64,000 bases of DNA from Mantamonas sphyraenae STR306 (lineage: Eukaryota; Protista; CRuMs), in contig JAPMXV010000022.1 of assembly GCA_026936335.1 (NCBI GenBank), positions 124,001 to 188,000 of the forward strand. The letters run 5' to 3'. The notes under the pieces are model-generated. The model was not told the origin of the DNA. It did no database searches and saw nothing but the letters and a program-made list of their open reading frames with translations. Shown here one piece after another: positions 60,284 through 64,000 of this stretch. The translations under genes and the position numbers were made by a program. Positions within the stretch are counted from its first letter, which is position 1; the number at the start of each line of letters is the position of its first letter.

Positions 60284-61420
60284 TACTACGAATGGCTGTA
60301 CACAGCAGCAGCGGTGTTGGGTGTGGGCGCTCTGGGTTACGTGTGGTGGAGTGCCAGCAGTGGTGCGGAGGAGGAGGACAGTGAAGAGGAGGATGAGGAC
60401 GACGGCAGCAGCAGCGTCAAGTCGAGGCTGAGTGGTCGTGCCAACAGCGATGCGGGAAGCGGTGGTGGTGGTGGTAAGGCCAAGAAGGGGAAGAGTAAGG
60501 ATAAGAACAAGATCAAGGGCAAGGAACGCAAAGGAGACGCAGCCAAGGCGCGGGAAGAAGGGACGGTGGATTTGAGCCGGGACATGAAGGGACTCATGCA
60601 GCAGTTCCGCAAGCTGCGACAGACGCACAAACAACGATTGGTGCGGCGGGTGGTGGCTGAGGCGGAGAAAAGGACACCGGAGGATGGGTTGGACAAGTTG
60701 GATAGGTTGGCCATGATGGCAGACGAGCAGTGGCGGTATCCAAACACCAAGGCGCAGTCCATGACCACGGCGGAGGACGGGGTGGCTGTGTGGGAGACTC
60801 TGAGCGAAGAGGAACAGGGCACAGAAAGAGCCAACTACGCATACTACCTGTGTATCAAGGTGCAAGGCGTCCATTATCTCCACAAGGGGCTGCACGCGCG
60901 TTCCATCCAGAAGCAGCGGCAGGTTGCGGAAAATGCTCGGGATCCGTTCCTGGCCGCTTCCGCCTACGTCAATTGGGCCCACCGATTGGACTATGCCAAG
61001 GACGAACGTGTACAGTTGCTGGAAAAGGCAGCCGAGCTATGTCCCAACAACGGCCAGGTGTTGTGCCAGCTGGCCGCAGGGTACAGCCGTGCCAATCGCC
61101 ACGCTGCCGCCGTCCGCACGTACCGTCGTGCCATCGAGGTTGATCCCGAGTTCTCGTCCGCCTACGAGTTCTTGGCCACCACACTGGCCATGAAACCAGA
61201 AGAGAATGACATGGAGGAGGTGAAGGATCTGCTGCGGCAGGCGGTGTCCAAGAACCACCACACACCTTCACCCTACTTCAACCTGGCTCGTTTGCTCATG
61301 GGCAACGAGGAGGACCACGAAGAGGCACGCGAGTTGTTGGAGATTGTTCTTGCTGACGAGTCATGGGCAGATTCACACCCCACTGCACAGCAGATGATCG
61401 ACTCGCTGGATTCGTTTTGA
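60173..61420 (+). CDS. TPR-repeat protein with N-terminal transmembrane anchor (start 60173 or 60200)
   Basis: Hydrophobic WLYTAAAVLGVGALGYVWW, an acidic/basic linker, then C-terminal TPRs (LEKAAELCPNN, YRRAIEVDPEFSSAY, SPYFNLARLL). Confidence 0.75.
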
Positions 61421-61590
61421 TCTCACGATCTCATCGTTTCCTTCACCTGCATTGCCACACAAGAACAACAAACACACACCACAGTCTCACTCTCACTCTA
61501 TCCTCAATCTTTCGCTGGCTGAGTGCCTTTTCCCATCCAGGAGTGCACCAGTCTTTTTTTGCCTGCCTCGCACCGTCCCCACACACCTTC

Positions 61591-64000
61591 TCACCACCCA
61601 TCCAACCATCCACGCTCCCCAGGCTCCTCCGCCTGCAGTGCCCTCACCACCTGCTCCACCACCACCTCCTCCACATCGCACACTCCTGCGTCACGTGCCA
61701 TCCTTGCCAGATCCCTCACCACAGCCCCCGTGCTCCACAGATCCGCCTGCTGCAACCCTGTCTTGTCCAGCACCATCCCGTTCTCTCCAAACACTTCCGG
61801 TGCCGTGTACTCCTCCGTCATCCGCAGCGACACACCCGCATCCTGCAATTCCACCCCAATGTTCTCCAGGTCCACCAGCCGTACTCCTCCTTCAAACCAC
61901 ACCATGTTCCCCGGTTTGATGTCCATGTGCCACTTTCCAGCTCCATGCAGTGCATCCACACACATCTTCACCTCCTCCATCACCCTGTGCAGCGTCACCC
62001 CTTCAGGCAGTCCATTCTCCAACACGTGACACAACGGCAGTGCCACAGCACCCACAGCCCTTCCACTCTTCACAACCACAGGGCACAGACCCCACCGCTC
62101 CTTGCTCTCCATCAGTTCCTCGTTGGCCACAAACTCCGCGCTCTCTTTCATCATCACTTTCCAGAAAACCGGCCGTTCCTCAAATCTGCCTTGCCCTCGC
62201 GACAGCCCCAAGTCGCCATACAGCAACAGCGGGCCCGTCTCCACCCCCGCTTGACCCAGAACACGCGCACCTTCCCTCGACATCTCGTTGTATACAGCCG
62301 ACATCTCCTCACTCCACCCGCTGTCCTGGCTGTCACCTCCACCCGAGCTTCCCTGGCTTCCCATGCTGCCTCCGCCCCCGCTCCCTCTCTTTGGTGGTGG
62401 TGGCAACAGTGAGCGGTCCTGAACGGTGTAAACACCTGACCGCGGGATCGTCCGACGCCCAGAGCCCACCAGCGAGCGTAGAGCTCGCACACACTGTCTC
62501 CTCCTCTTGGTCTTGCTCTCCAGTGTCTCCAAAACGCCGTTCATGTGCTGGAAGAGCACCTCCTCGACCAGAAGCAACGCGCGTGCGTCTCGCGAGTCCT
62601 TGCTCACGTCCACTGCGTTTGTCATCCACAACGACTCTGCTCCTTGGCCGGGCTTGCCCAGTGTGTACCACATCACACCCACCACGACCTGGGGTCCCGA
62701 GAAACACCGCAGCAGCAATGGGATCTTTGGTGGCTCCTTCTCCTCATCCGTCCACTCAAGCATCGCCTGCACATACAGGATGCTTGTAATCCCTTCCGCA
62801 AGCACCAAATCCATATGTTGATCACCACCGTGCTTCTTCTTGCCCTCCATCAACGCCACGGGGATGTTCACTCCATGGACATCCACGCCCGTTTCCTGGG
62901 CAGGCTTCGTTCCCTTGAACTCATACGTGGTCATCTCCCAGTCGCCATGCTTGCACCATATGCCTCCGCCACATCTCAGGTAGCTCTTCATCCTGCAACA
63001 GTCAGACAGTGGGCGTCAGCATCGGCACAATCAACATTCCCTCAACTCTACCTGTACACTCCCCCACACCCCACCCCCTCCGCACCACTCACGTTGATGT
63101 TGTGGCCTGCGGAATGTACACACGTGCCACTTGGCCCGTGAGACAGTGAAACTCGCGCAGTGCTGTACACTCGTCCTGCTCGCGCACCGTTGGCATGCGA
63201 GTGTTCAGACTGAACACGGCATTGCTGGGGTTGACCTCAAGTGTTTCCAGTGCTTCAAGTGTTTTAAGTGCTTCCACTGCGTACTGCTCCTTCCCGATCA
63301 TCCGCAAGTACAGCGTGCGCGTGTACGAGAGAGCAGAGAAACAGTACTGTTCTTGTTCACCGCCATCGTCGTCGCTGCTGCTGCTGCTGCCGCTGCCGTC
63401 CACACTTCCCTTGCCCTTGTCCACGTCGATCAGCATCTGCAACATCGATTCAACAGAGACATCGATGAGTGTGTCACCCTCCTCGATCCTGCCCTCCAAC
63501 ACCAGCTCGGCTGTTGTCTTCCAATCCTCCACAATGCGTTCAAAAGTGCCCTTCTTGTCCTTGGTAGGCATGTGGCGCAGACACAGCAGCTCCACCAGCT
63601 CTTTGCCAGTGACTGCCAGCCAAGGAGCATTGTGTCAGCCCCAATCCATGTTCCCCTCTCTCCAGTGTACACTTACCATCGTGTGCATCCCCTTCCTCGT
63701 TGTCTCCGTCCTGCGGTGGCGCTGTGGAAGAGCGCGCGCGTTTTGTGTGAGTCATCAGGAACGAATGTCAAGGACAATTCCTGATTACTCACATCTCCCG
63801 CCCCATCACTCACAGTACTGTTCCACGGCTTCGAACCACAACGATTCCGCTCCATCTGCGTACTCGATTGCAGCATAGGCCGCTACCTTCTCTGCCATGG
63901 CCTTGTGGAAGCTGTCCGAGTTTGCTTTCTCATCGTCCGACAATGTCGACAATGCTGCAAAGAACAATCCGCAGTCGGCTTCCGACAGCCTGCCCAGCAC
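61591..64000 (-). CDS. Putative PD-(D/E)xK nuclease + protein kinase fusion, copy 2 (5'-partial); exons >64000-63814, 63721-63677, 63612-63093, 62992-61591
   Basis: Near-identical paralog of 44347-46908 with the same intron positions (63722-63813, 63613-63676, 62993-63092). Kinase motifs are intact; KPD is replaced by KPA. Confidence 0.78.

Noticed and set aside
46909-61590. Composite transposon carrying the six enclosed genes
   Set aside because: No transposase, terminal inverted repeats or target-site duplication is visible, the enclosed genes are housekeeping-type, and the outer boundary is outside the window.
1-64000. Prokaryotic or viral origin; rRNA or tRNA genes
   Set aside because: Spliceosomal introns and eukaryote-specific genes occur throughout. 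No rRNA or tRNA signature was recognised by eye; a covariance-model scan would be needed to exclude small ncRNAs.

Overview
Gene-dense DNA from a compact-genome eukaryote, most likely a flagellated protist (inference from ARL2BP, an AIR9-like LRR protein and PEX16; the lineage cannot be fixed from this window). It has short GT-AG introns (mostly 64-230 nt, many with CTRAC-like branch points and CA/GT microsatellites) and intergenic gaps often only 25-200 bp. The first 32.8 kb encodes two tandem giant coiled-coil proteins (>=3,135 aa and ~7,600 aa, possibly one ~10,700-aa gene). Both share a degenerate 43-residue repeat and a short motif. The second is broken by two indels that look like assembly errors. 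The rest holds housekeeping genes (CysRS, MED7, ABITRAM, DUF4050, PSMA2, ARL2BP, Elongin A, MARCH6/Doa10, PEX16, ZFC3H1-like, WBP11-like, a signal-anchored TPR protein), an AIR9-like LRR/coiled-coil gene and a 30-bp minisatellite. There are also two near-identical inverted copies of a four-exon gene with a putative PD-(D/E)xK nuclease fused to a protein kinase (Crinkler/CR-effector architecture); one copy has lost the putative catalytic Asp. No rRNA, tRNA or CRISPR array was recognised. Exon structures were inferred by eye from splice signals, frame arithmetic and remembered family motifs; no database search was run.
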